A stretch of DNA of 64,000 nucleotides, taken from positions 1 through 64,000 of the forward strand of contig DF237236.1 of NCBI GenBank assembly GCA_000708835.1. Direction: 5' to 3'. The notes under the pieces are model-generated. The model ran no database searches and was not told the origin of the DNA. It worked only from the letters and a program-made list of their open reading frames with translations. Each line of letters opens with the position of its first letter. The stretch's first letter is position 1. The position numbers and the translations under genes were made by a program. Positions 53,701-64,000 of the stretch are shown piece after piece. This stretch comes from Klebsormidium nitens (Eukaryota > Plantae > Klebsormidiophyceae).

Positions 53701-54197
53701 CAGAACCTTAGCCAGCTCCTTCCTCGAGACCTTGACTCAAAGAATGCATCAGAGTGGTCTGCCGTGGTCTATGTGACTGTGGTCAAGCTCCCTTGTTGTA
53801 AATGTGCGAGCTCCATTCGCTGGCCTTTGACGACGATCCAAAAGCTGAGAACCCCGGCCCGTGCGGATGCCAATCTTGTTAGCACAACTCCTTTCCCTGA
53901 GAACCTTACCATCCTCATCAGCTCCCCACTCATGGGCGCATACATATAATACTGTCTAGCATCCACAATCCAGGCTTCATTGACCATCTTCTCAAGAATG
54001 ACAACATCAGCGCACCTGTTGTTGTCATCAGACACGGGGTGTCCCCCTCCAGTGGTGAGCAGAGGAGTCTTCCCATCGCTGCCCACTCTCGGATTGTCCG
54101 CCGAAGCGGCCCCGTCCGACATTCCCTTCACGTGGGCGCCATTTGGCGCCGCGCCATTGGCCGATCCGTTCGACGAGCCCACAGCCATTCTGGACAC
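47739..54197 (-). CDS. CAT: Monofunctional heme catalase, small-subunit clade-3-like, 539 aa
   Basis: Exons 54197-54016, 53349-53205, 52655-52488, 51774-51625, 51054-50920, 50583-50458, 49885-49676, 49325-49221, 48690-48514, 47960-47739 total 540 codons. Motifs: [13 protein letters not shown] (distal His), [15 protein letters not shown] (Asn), RLFSY (proximal Tyr), RHRLGPNY. Confidence 0.97.
47911..48213 (-). repeat. Three tandem copies of the catalase intron-9 acceptor plus last-exon start
   Basis: On the + strand, catcgtcttccacagc...gcggctgg...ctgcacaggg...tgacgtcagc recurs with acceptor positions at 47961, 48060 and 48188. Confidence 0.9.
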
Positions 54198-56735
54198 TGT
54201 CTCAGTGACCTTTCCTATGACCCGCTCCAGGATTGAAATCTGCTCGCAAGCTGTGTCTTAAGAGTTTAGAAACAAAATGCGAGTCTCCAAAGCTGGTGAA
54301 CAGCTTCTTCTTCGATAGAAGGTCTCCGAATGCAACAATGCTGCTGTGATTGAGCGGTCTCAGAGCAATGCCGAGCAAGGAACGTGCTTCAATCAATGCT
54401 CAAAGGGGCGATATGAAGTGGCGATCGAATTGCACAGCAGCCTCAAAAGCGAAGGTGCAAAGGGGCTACCCTGTGACGAGCACGGCCCTGATCGACGTCA
54501 CCTTGACAGCTCCTAGCTGATCAGTAATCACCTCTCCCCAGTCATTCCTGCCTATGATTGTGAGCTGTCTTGCACGTTTCAGTGAACTGAGGGGCGAAGC
54601 ATCCAGAATCCAGTGGCGCCACAGTTCAAGCAAGGCGGCGCGCTGCATGGCAGCCACATCGCCTCTTTCGGTCCTTCGCGTCTGACAATCCGATTGTGAC
54701 CGCTCACAAAGTTGCCAGCTGGAAAAGACAAGCCGACACTTGGCAACCTGAGCGTCACGGAGCTGGCCGGTGGTGTGCAACTTGCCCGTGACCCGTGCAT
54801 CCGACCACCGTCGATAAGGCGAGGTGGCTGGAATGGTCACTATACGCCGTACGATCAGACTATCGACAGTTGTGGACAGCCGCGACACATCATCATGACC
54901 ACAGGTTCCGTTGATGGAATATCCTGAACGTACAACGGCCGAGCAAAATGGAGTCACCGACTCACCTGAGAGGGTTTGGCTAACCTGGCAGCAGTCTAAA
55001 ATCTCACCCCCAGCCGATCTGTCAAACTCCTCCATCCACCCAGCTGCATATTCCAATCTCTGGCCGTCCCATTGCCCAATTTGACTGCCACGAATTCAAA
55101 TCCCAGTTGAAGTTTCAGGATCGCATCTATTTGCTTCAAGAGTCGCCGAACATGTTGCTTGCAATCCGCAATTCCTAATGAATCAGCTACCCGCCTATAT
55201 ATTGATTAGCACCGGCCCCGATTTGCAGAGCCGGGCTATTCCCGAAAAGCGTCTGATTGGACTCTATTGCTAGTTCGACTAGGTAGTTGCAGGCTCGACG
55301 TCCTAAGAATTGCCGAATAAATGCCGAGGCCGTAATTATAGCCACATGATCAGCAGCTTCAACCAAGAGCTGATGTTTGGCCGCTGATTGAAATAGACTC
55401 AGGTCTCAAGCAGACATTCAAATTTGGCAAGCGAAGACTTTCTTGCATAGACAAATCAGATTTCGAGTACATTCACAAAGTCAAATGCCTGGAAGTGGTT
55501 GACGGCAAGAACGAGCAGCCACCGCAGTATCTGTACATCACGTCACATCCATATTCTCGCAGAAAGAACAGTGATCGATGCTGTTTATTTATCCTCATCT
55601 GGATCCGATGCATTTCACCGCAAAATCCTGCAAGTACGACACGCGTAAGGCATCCCAACGATACATTGAATTCAGACGCAGCTACCTATACGTCCTGGTA
55701 CCGTCCGTCACTTTGAGCGTGGCCTTAACACGCTTCATGACTTACGAATTTACGCCAGCTCGCCGGCTGCATTTCAGAACATTCGTAATAGCCTTATCTT
55801 CTACCGGATGCAGTGACTTTGTTTGGTGGCCTGTGGAAATTTTTGCTGCTCACAATGATTACCAGCATATAGCGTCTGTATCCCTGTCGCTCATACGCCA
55901 ATGTGAAGGCTCGACGGCAAAGGATCAAACATCTTGCCTGCATTTTGAAAGGTTTTATCCGTTCATACATGGATATTTCGACTTTTAAGTTGGTAAGCAG
56001 CGTGTGTTCCTCGTCAAGGCTAGAATAAACCGGTTGGGCGTTGTCAGGACAACTGTGGTTCGATGGTCGCGATTGCGAAAAAGAAGCTTAGGTTACACGG
56101 TACAGGTGAAGGATGTCCCAAAGAGTCCATTCAACTCTCCTCCGGAAGCACTTCGCTATAAGGCAGCATAATCAGCAAAATCAGCTGTAACACATGGACC
56201 GACCCGTCGTCACGCCTTTAGGCGTGGCAGCTCGGCGAAAGTGAACATCGCTCACTGCAGAATTCAAGTTAGCGGATCGACAGACTAGATTTTTGAACAG
56301 AGTACTCCGATACTTATTGCTAACGCATGCGCAATGCCCTTGAAGGGTACTTCGTCGTTGGGAGGTGTATCCATTGCACCGCGATGAAATGGAGAGCAAC
56401 TCGAAAGCCGTTCTGAACAGGCGTTTGACTCGTCTGGCCACGTTCAACACATTTCGCCGATGCCTTTGGACACGTGTCACAGACATACCGCGCAAGCGAG
56501 GTCCTGGACGTTAGCAAGATTGATAAGGTGACGTGGCAAACTCACCCTTAGCAGAGGCTATCAGGAGAAAGGAGTGCTCTTGAAGAACGGTCAGAACCTT
56601 TCACCTTTTATTACCTTTGCGAAACTCCTTGCCCAGACATAGCTGTGTACAAGACCCGTTCTCAGCGCCCTTAGTCTCAACACGACTGTTGTATTTGAAC
56701 TCTGAATACGGTTTCAACACTGGAATAATCTCTTG

Positions 56736-59700
56736 TCAAGGATCCCTTTTGGCATCTTTTGGGCTCCCCTGCTGACGCACCTCCTGTTCTAGGTTGACCC
56801 GCCCCTCCCTCAGGGGTGGCGAAGCTGCCCTGACTTCACCCCCCCTTTCCGTCGAACTCCGCCTCGGATCCACGTTCTCTCGAGACGACCGCCGATGATG
56901 CCCCGGTTGTCCGCCCAGCAGGACGTGCCCGCTCGGAGTGCGCTCCGATGACGTCATGCTCGCGTCATACGACGACCGGTAGGGATCCCCCCGGGGGAGC
57001 GTCCGCGGAGTGTGCAAGGAGCGGCTCGAGGGCGGCCGGCTATTGGCCGGGGTCGAGCTTTTCGAGCCGGGCGCATTTACAGGGGTGTGAACAGGCCCCC
57101 GAGGGGACGCTTCCCTCAATTCCGCCCGCTTTCCGCTCGGTTCCGAGGCGGAAAGCGGGTGGTCCCGCCGCGCGGACGAGACCCTGGGACGATCGGACTC
57201 TCGGCTAGGCGACCGGGAGAGGTCCTCCCGCAAGTCGCGGGAACTTCTAGGGGTTCGCTCGGGCGCCCGGCCCTGGCGGGCCCCGCTAAAGGTTACGGGC
57301 GAAAGGGAGTCGGCGACCTCTACCGAGGCCGTCATTGAGCGGCCGGTTAGCGGCCGGTCGTTCTTGTCGATCTGGGACTGTGCTCTGCTTCTGACTCCGG
57401 AGACGAACGTAGGAGAATCTGCTGACGCGGTCGGGACGTCAGCTGACGGTGTCGAGTAAGGGGCGCGGTTATTTGGTGAAGCAGCTGGGTCAAACTGACC
57501 CGAAGTGGAAGTTGGTGACGTTTCTAGACTGGACGGTTCCTGTGACGGATTTTCGTGACCCAGTTGGCGGTCACCGGTAACTAGGATTGGTTCTGGGGCC
57601 TTGCTGAGGGCCGCGTCATCTTCTCGTCCCTGGTTCTGTGCTGCCTTGTGGGCGGCTTCCGGCGGAACGGGGCCCGTTGTTTCCGCAGCGGCAGCAGCGG
57701 GGGCGGAACCCGGGAACCTGCACCGGAGTTTAATCGTCAGCGACTTCTTCGCAGATTCAATTCTTAGATGTGAGTGTACATTGATAGGAAATCGCGGGTG
57801 GCAGATCACCGTAAGAATTCATGCTTGGAAGATCAAGGCACTCACAGTAAACGTACGATACCTGAGTACCTGCGACCTCTGACTTCATCCACATTCTCTT
57901 TATCTCACGAAGATCCAATGGTTCCTTTCTTAAACCCTTGATTTGAAGTCACAAGGGAAAGTGACAACATAAGAGCGCACCGCCTTGGCAGCCGCAAGCG
58001 CGGTAAGAAGAAGAACGACGGAGAATCTTGTTTCGACACCTTCACAGAGCACCCCGCACTTCTTCCGAGTCCCGAGATTGATCCAGATCGCATTGAAGTA
58101 CGTAGCCAATGAAAAGGAGACACGTGGCGTTCACCTCGGCAGCGGCCGCAGGATCGACGACTTGTCCTTGATATCCTTCGTGATCTTTGCCGCTTCCTCG
58201 GGCGTCAGCTGCGCGAGTTTCCAAGCGCTGATCCGAACCGTCCGTTTGGCCTTTTCCGCCTTCAGCTTCTTCAACTTCAAATCGGAACCGTCCGATAGTG
58301 GAGACGGTTGAGCCTCGAGAGACGGCAACACCCGCCCGTTGCCCTGTATCCGGACGAAAATGACATTTTTAGTTCTAAAGCCGCGCTGGAATTATAAAGG
58401 ATTGTCCGGGATCTGCAATTGTTGCCCAAGGCTTTCGCAAAAGAGCTCGCTTGAAACGGTAAGAACCGATTTCTTTTCTGGTTGAGATGGGAGATTTGCA
58501 AAGGCGACCCGTCCGGTGAGGGACGGGAATAGGCACCCATTGCCCTGTTCAGGAAGTGCTAACGTAGTCGTACTTTCTTTGCACAACCTTTCACCGTGTA
58601 CCAAATGCTCCAGACTTCGGCTCATTCGACCAAGTCGCATTTCTCTAGCGCAGCGCATAGGTCTGGAAGGCTCTAAAACGGCTTCTCAAGCATTTCTAAG
58701 ATGGGACCGCGCGGGAAGAGGCAGAGAGACTCACGACGTCCCGCGCAATCGCCGCAACGTCCGGGCAGCACCCCGCGCAAAACGCGCCGCCCTTTTCGTC
58801 GGCCTGCGCGAGCTGGCGCCGCTCCTCGCGCTCCTGCGCGGCCGCCTCCTCGCGCGCTTTGACGTCGCGCATTACGAGGACGTAATCGTACGTCGTCAGC
58901 TGCTTCCGCCAGAGCAACACGTGGAAGAAGAAGAGCTCGCCAAGTGGCAGCGAAGCCGCGGCCGCGAGCGCGCAGAAGAATATCTGCAGGTAGAGGATGG
59001 CAATTTTTTGAGGTCGAAGCTTGAGGGGCGATGAGACTTGCGAGGCAAGCTGTTTCAAGAACAAACAGATTGATTGTTCAACGCGCAATCTACTTTCTGT
59101 GGTCACCTCATTCATATATCGACAATGCAAATTGCGGTTGCACAATGTCTTCCGACGCTTTAGAAGTGCTTGGTCTCCCTTCGTCCAAACAGGACAAGAA
59201 AAGACACTCAAGAATCAGAAACTTTATAATGTATTCAAGGCAGAAGAGCGTCACTCGGCTGCCCACACGCAAAGACTTCAACTGTCTAATCTGTACTTTA
59301 GCTACTGTATCTTGGATTGCAGCCCTTCCTGGACATGCTAACCAAATCGTATTACATTTGGTAACGTATTTAATTGCGAGTCCTTTGTACTTCCCTTCTT
59401 CTCATCTCCTTCTATTTCATTCCTCCGCCCTTCCTAGTCTCTTTCTCCCTACTCTTCGAAGCGAATGCAGACTCTCAATTTTGTCTCGAGAGCTGTGGCT
59501 GCAAGACTTAAACACTTATTTCCAATTTGATTCTCACCAGCGCCGTTTCTAAACCCGCTCGGTTAACGCTCGCGCCGTAAACCTCGTGAAGACGCGTGGC
59601 GTGCGCCCATTCGCCCTGGAAGCATCGGACGGCTGTGGCGGCTCCCAGGGCGATTTGCAACAGTAGCAGCGCGAGCGTGCACGTTAGGAGGACGAAGAAG

Positions 59701-62700
59701 GGGCGGTAGTTGACCTTTCCAACACAGTTGTTGAGCCACTGCGGGGAGGAAAAAAGCCGGTTAGCCTCTGATTTGGGGGATTTGAGGGCGGTGCGTTGGA
59801 CGGATGTTTAGTCAGCCGCTGCGAAGAAGCAGATTAGCAGGATCCGGGAGGGCTTAGCGAGCAAACCAGGAAAATCGGCGAGAAATATAAGCGAAAACAT
59901 GCTTTCCTACTTTGCTTCAGGAAAGTCAACATCTGTTACCGCTGAGTGGGGTCAAATCCCGGACAGATCCCCCCTGGAAGGAAAGGGCAACTTTGACTAC
60001 TTTGGAAACCTAAGGTACAGACCGCTTCGTTTGGAAGGGGGCTCCGAGAGGCCAAAATATTTCCCGCACACTAGAGGCATGTGTTGCCGGCTTCAAGTCG
60101 GGAAGGTCGTTCGATCTCAATCTGGGCATCGCCCCCGTCACTGAACCTGGTATTGAGCCTCCCGTAAGACTTGGCGCAATTAACCCAGAAGAAAAGCAAA
60201 CGACCACCTGGTTATGTCGTGAACCAGATCTCCTCGGCCCTTCGACCTCAAATGGACAAATATGGCCCCTCAACCCGTGTTTGTCGCGGTCCTCCCATGC
60301 TTAGTGCCGGACGATTCTGAAACCAATTTTGAAACCTACAACCTGCAACCTACAAAGTACACGATCCTGGGCGTTCTGGACGTGTTCCAAAGATTCTAGA
60401 TAGCCCACTGTCAATTGCGGAGGTTGGTCGGACCCGAATCAGTTTGGAAAATAGCGGACGCTTTGAATGAAAAGACAATTCCCCTCACCCGGCAGTGATG
60501 ATCGAAATGGTCGACGCACTTGTCGCACGCGCGGCAGTGCTTGCTCGTCTTGCGCACCGCCACGCAGCAGATCGTACAGAACAGTTTCTCTTCCACCGAT
60601 CCGTTCCGCTCGTCTCCATTCCCTTCCGCTTCCTTGCAGCTCCAGGCGGAAGCCCGCGTCTCCGGTTTCTTCCATCCGACTTTGCCCTTCTCTAGATCGA
60701 CCGGTTCTGATGTGACTGTCTGCGAAGCCCTTGCCTTGCCGCCCAACAGTGCGGCCTGTCCAGAAAACGGAAGTTGAGAGCTCACTTCGATGCTTTTTTC
60801 CGCGATGATACTCGAAGGTTTCCTCTTCGGCTGAAGGGTATCTTCATGTGACGAGCTCGTGCTTAAAGCTGGTAAAAGGTCTTACCTAATCTGATGCACT
60901 TTTTCCTGAACGTCATGAGTGAGATGTTTACGAAATCCTCAGCAACTTTCTATGGGACAGTTTCGGCCCTGGTGTCTCTTGGCTTCCCCAGACTGTCACG
61001 GGTGCCCCGTCATTCTTGTCCGGCTTGAAAGACACCTTTTGTTCTTAAGAGGAATCATCTCACTTGAGAATAGGGATATATGTAGAGGTGCGAAGTGCCT
61101 GCGATTCGACCAATCCTTGCCGAGTCCGAATGCAGAAGTATGCTCTAGATTTCTGGCATCAACCAACCACGCCAGCAACATCCGACTGGGCTCATTACCT
61201 TGGCACGTGAGCAGCACAAGGAGCCCGCGACAAGCCCCGTACCCCCCCGAGGGCTCAAGGACGCTTCCACTAGTTGCAGCTGTGCCTTGGCCGCCGCCTC
61301 CGCCAGAATGGCAGGATCGGCGGGGTTACATAACGCGCCGTACAGCCAAAGGCCTGAAACCAGAACCGCCTGGGGAAGGCGAGATGCGGAATTAGCAGAA
61401 AGATCGAGGTCGACGACGATGTCTAGAGAATGGAGAGAGTTCTCATGTTGCGCTGCATGGTCCTAGCTGTTTAGCGGTTGGTCGAGGCTGTCATGAATGT
61501 GATGTCTACAGGGTGGGGAGTGTTCTTGAATGCGTTCAACAATTCGAGCTGTTTACCAAGTGTTCTTGGAGCAGAAAAATGCAATAATACCCAGGCAAAA
61601 CTCCGTGGTTCTCAATCCACTGGCTTGATTGGGAGGCTCGGTGGGTAATTTGTTGGGCAATTGGACAGAGGTGCAGGATTTGAAAAAGCAATTAAAGGCT
61701 GTGCAGATGGCAAGGCTAAAAATGGTTCAGCAGTGGTTGGAATCAGTCACTGCCAAAGGGCTGCTCGATATTGAACGTGTATTTCACGCAACCAGTTTCG
61801 AGAACGAGGGAACCGGCTCCGGAGAGGTGAGATGGTAAGAGGCCAGTTTTAAGCACGGCTGCTGGTTCCAACTTTGTGCCAGATTGCCTGCCCCCGGAAA
61901 TGCTTTTCCAAGAGTTTATCTGCGAGCTCTTCAGGGTCTGCGCCGACTCACCAGCAGGGAGTAGCAGGCTATGCCGGCAATTTGCAGCGGGCGGGGCTCC
62001 AAAAATGGGGCAATGAAAGCAAAGAACCCAGCCACTAGTGCCAGGAACACTACGACCGCCAACACCTGCGTCAACACGCTTAATACACGATTAGCAGTCA
62101 TTTGCTGATGACCTTTGGAGCATTTGAAGTGCTTTCTAGACTATCTTCTCAGGACACGTGTCGAGCGGCTTGGTAAAGTGCCATGGGGTAAACCTTCCGA
62201 CTTGACTTGTGGCTGCGAGAGAGCAAAAATGGACGGAGAGAGCTGCCACAAGGGAACCACCATTCAAAAGTGGTCCCAGTTTTGTCGAGGCGACAAACAA
62301 GCTTGATTACCAATTACCGTCTCTGATTTCGTGATTTGCTTTTCAGAGACCTGCTTGCCACGGATAAAATCATCCAGCACCGTCTAGATACATCCTACTT
62401 CTCCATATAACCCCAACAAAGTCTGTTTGCAGGACGCTGCCTTATTCAAGTAACCCGAACAATCTCCTACCAAGTATGTTTACCATCACGTTAAGGGGAG
62501 CCTGCCAATTTCAGGAGCCTCCATTAAGGACACTCTTTAAGGACGTACTCACTTACAGAAACGAGATAGGTTAACCAAAGACCAAAAGATAGAAGGGCTT
62601 GGTGTCCCATCGATTGAAGAGCTTAAAACACGCGCCCACACAAGCAAGTCTGGCAAATCTTCACAATACTACCAGAAAAGAGGATTACCTGAAAAGTGGT

Positions 62701-62733
62701 GATGGGACGGCTGAATCCGTTCGTCCTAGCCAT
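56736..62733 (-). CDS. DHHC-type protein S-acyltransferase (plant PAT19-22-like), 745 aa
   Basis: Motifs: [28 protein letters not shown], and VRISAWKL typical of this plant subgroup. Exons 62733-62689, 62065-61952, 61369-61199, 60755-60489, 59738-59538, 58983-58735, 58343-58135, 57717-56736 are phase-consistent. Confidence 0.92.
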
Positions 62734-64000
62734 TGTTTGAGGTAAGTTCGATGCCCCCTCTCAAGATATGTGGCAAGGCCGAGCCTTGGGCCAACTAAGC
62801 TCCCGTCACATGTTTGCCGCTTGTGGCAAGGACCTTTTTGAATTGCGCCAGTGCCCCCTCATTTCCGAAGTCTTCTGGAACGATTTCTACATAAGAAGAC
62901 GTATGCGAGTTACAATGAAGTTTCCGACCTGAATGTTGCTTGATAGACCAGCTCTAGTGCCCTAGTATCAGATGACCGTGTTGCTCTTCTGACGGTCATG
63001 GACCTTGCCAGTGGTAATGCATGATCAAACAACTCACAATGTTCTATTGATTCATTGACTGAGCTACTCGTCCTGTGTCGTAAAGCCTGCTGTATCGTAC
63101 AATGATGCGTCTGTCCCTGCACCGTTTTGCTAGTCATGTAAAGCGTTCTGCTCTTACGATACAAGTTCCGCTCAATCAAGAATGAGCTGCAGAGAGCTCG
63201 GAGCAGAGCCAGCCCTCTGGAAACATCAGTGAGAGCTGATTGACGGCATAATTCAAACACTGGCAGCTATTCTGAGCTCTAGACGAGCTTGATCATACCT
63301 AGCTACCACTTGAGTTGTTATTGCAATGAAGGTCCGCAATCTTGTTGGCTGAATATATGCTTTCAATTGCTGATGTCAGGTAAGCATCATCATAAGGCCC
63401 CCCTGACGCCGGCGCCATGCGCGCCAGCGCTAGCCTGGCCGCCTACCGCTCAGCAGGCTGTGCAAACCTCAAAGATAAGTAGATGACTAGGACGGATACC
63501 GTACGTCGGCCATACTGGCAGTGGTAGGTATAAGTACGGTGTACTTAGCAGGGTGAAGGTACCTGACCTTGGTTTTGCCAAGGCTGTACTATCTAGGTAC
63601 AACAAGCAAGAGAGCCTATTACGTACCTACTGTTTACCTAAGTGTAACAGGTGTAACTGTTCTGATGTGAGCTGGGAGGGAACTTAATTATATTATGAAG
63701 AGGCTGCAATCGATCGTGGCCGAGTGGCAACTTCCAACAGCTTCGATCAGCTCGCGCGCGACATCTTTGAGGCTCATGGCACGGTCGATCCACGTCGATC
63801 AACGGTCAACGTTCCTTCACCAACTTGAGCTGGATTCTGCAGGGCCGCCGGCAGGGCGGCCCCGGCCCTGCATGGCTGGCTTTTCCGAAGCCCCTGTGAA
63901 CCTGAGGGCAATGCAAACCTCAAGAATTATGGCTTCCCCTTCCGGAGCGGCCGCTTGCAGGCTAAGAGAGCGTAGCAGCTTGAGTCTGACAAGCAAGCTC

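Noticed and set aside
54466-55056. 196-aa minus-strand ORF upstream of catalase; considered as a retroelement relic
   Set aside because: No RT, RNase H, integrase or recombinase motif could be identified.
55578-55988. 136-aa plus-strand ORF
   Set aside because: No motifs and no splice-site support.

Overview
Intron-rich eukaryotic nuclear DNA with GC-rich exons and plant-type genes; a streptophyte alga such as Klebsormidium is my inference, not something the sequence proves. Phase-consistent gene models I could build by hand: a partial P-loop NTPase (+), an RBM5/RBM10/SUA-like splicing factor (-), an amidohydrolase (+), a RAD21/SCC1 cohesin kleisin (-), a membrane class-3 lipase (+), a SEL1+ARM-repeat gene with a frameshift and an in-frame stop (-), a small orphan gene (-), a tail-anchored MDAR4-type monodehydroascorbate reductase (+), a clade-3-like catalase (-) and a DHHC S-acyltransferase (-). 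There is also one MITE-like element and a hairpin. The main observation is a recurrent pattern of splice-junction 'echoes'. At 12 places in 5 genes, a copy of an exon/intron boundary lies inside the adjacent intron, about 65-200 bp (mostly 120-200 bp) from the functional junction. Some introns hold decaying arrays of 3-4 copies. In some copies the GT/AG is destroyed; in others it is intact and would give premature stops if used. All alignments and counts were done by eye and need computational confirmation.
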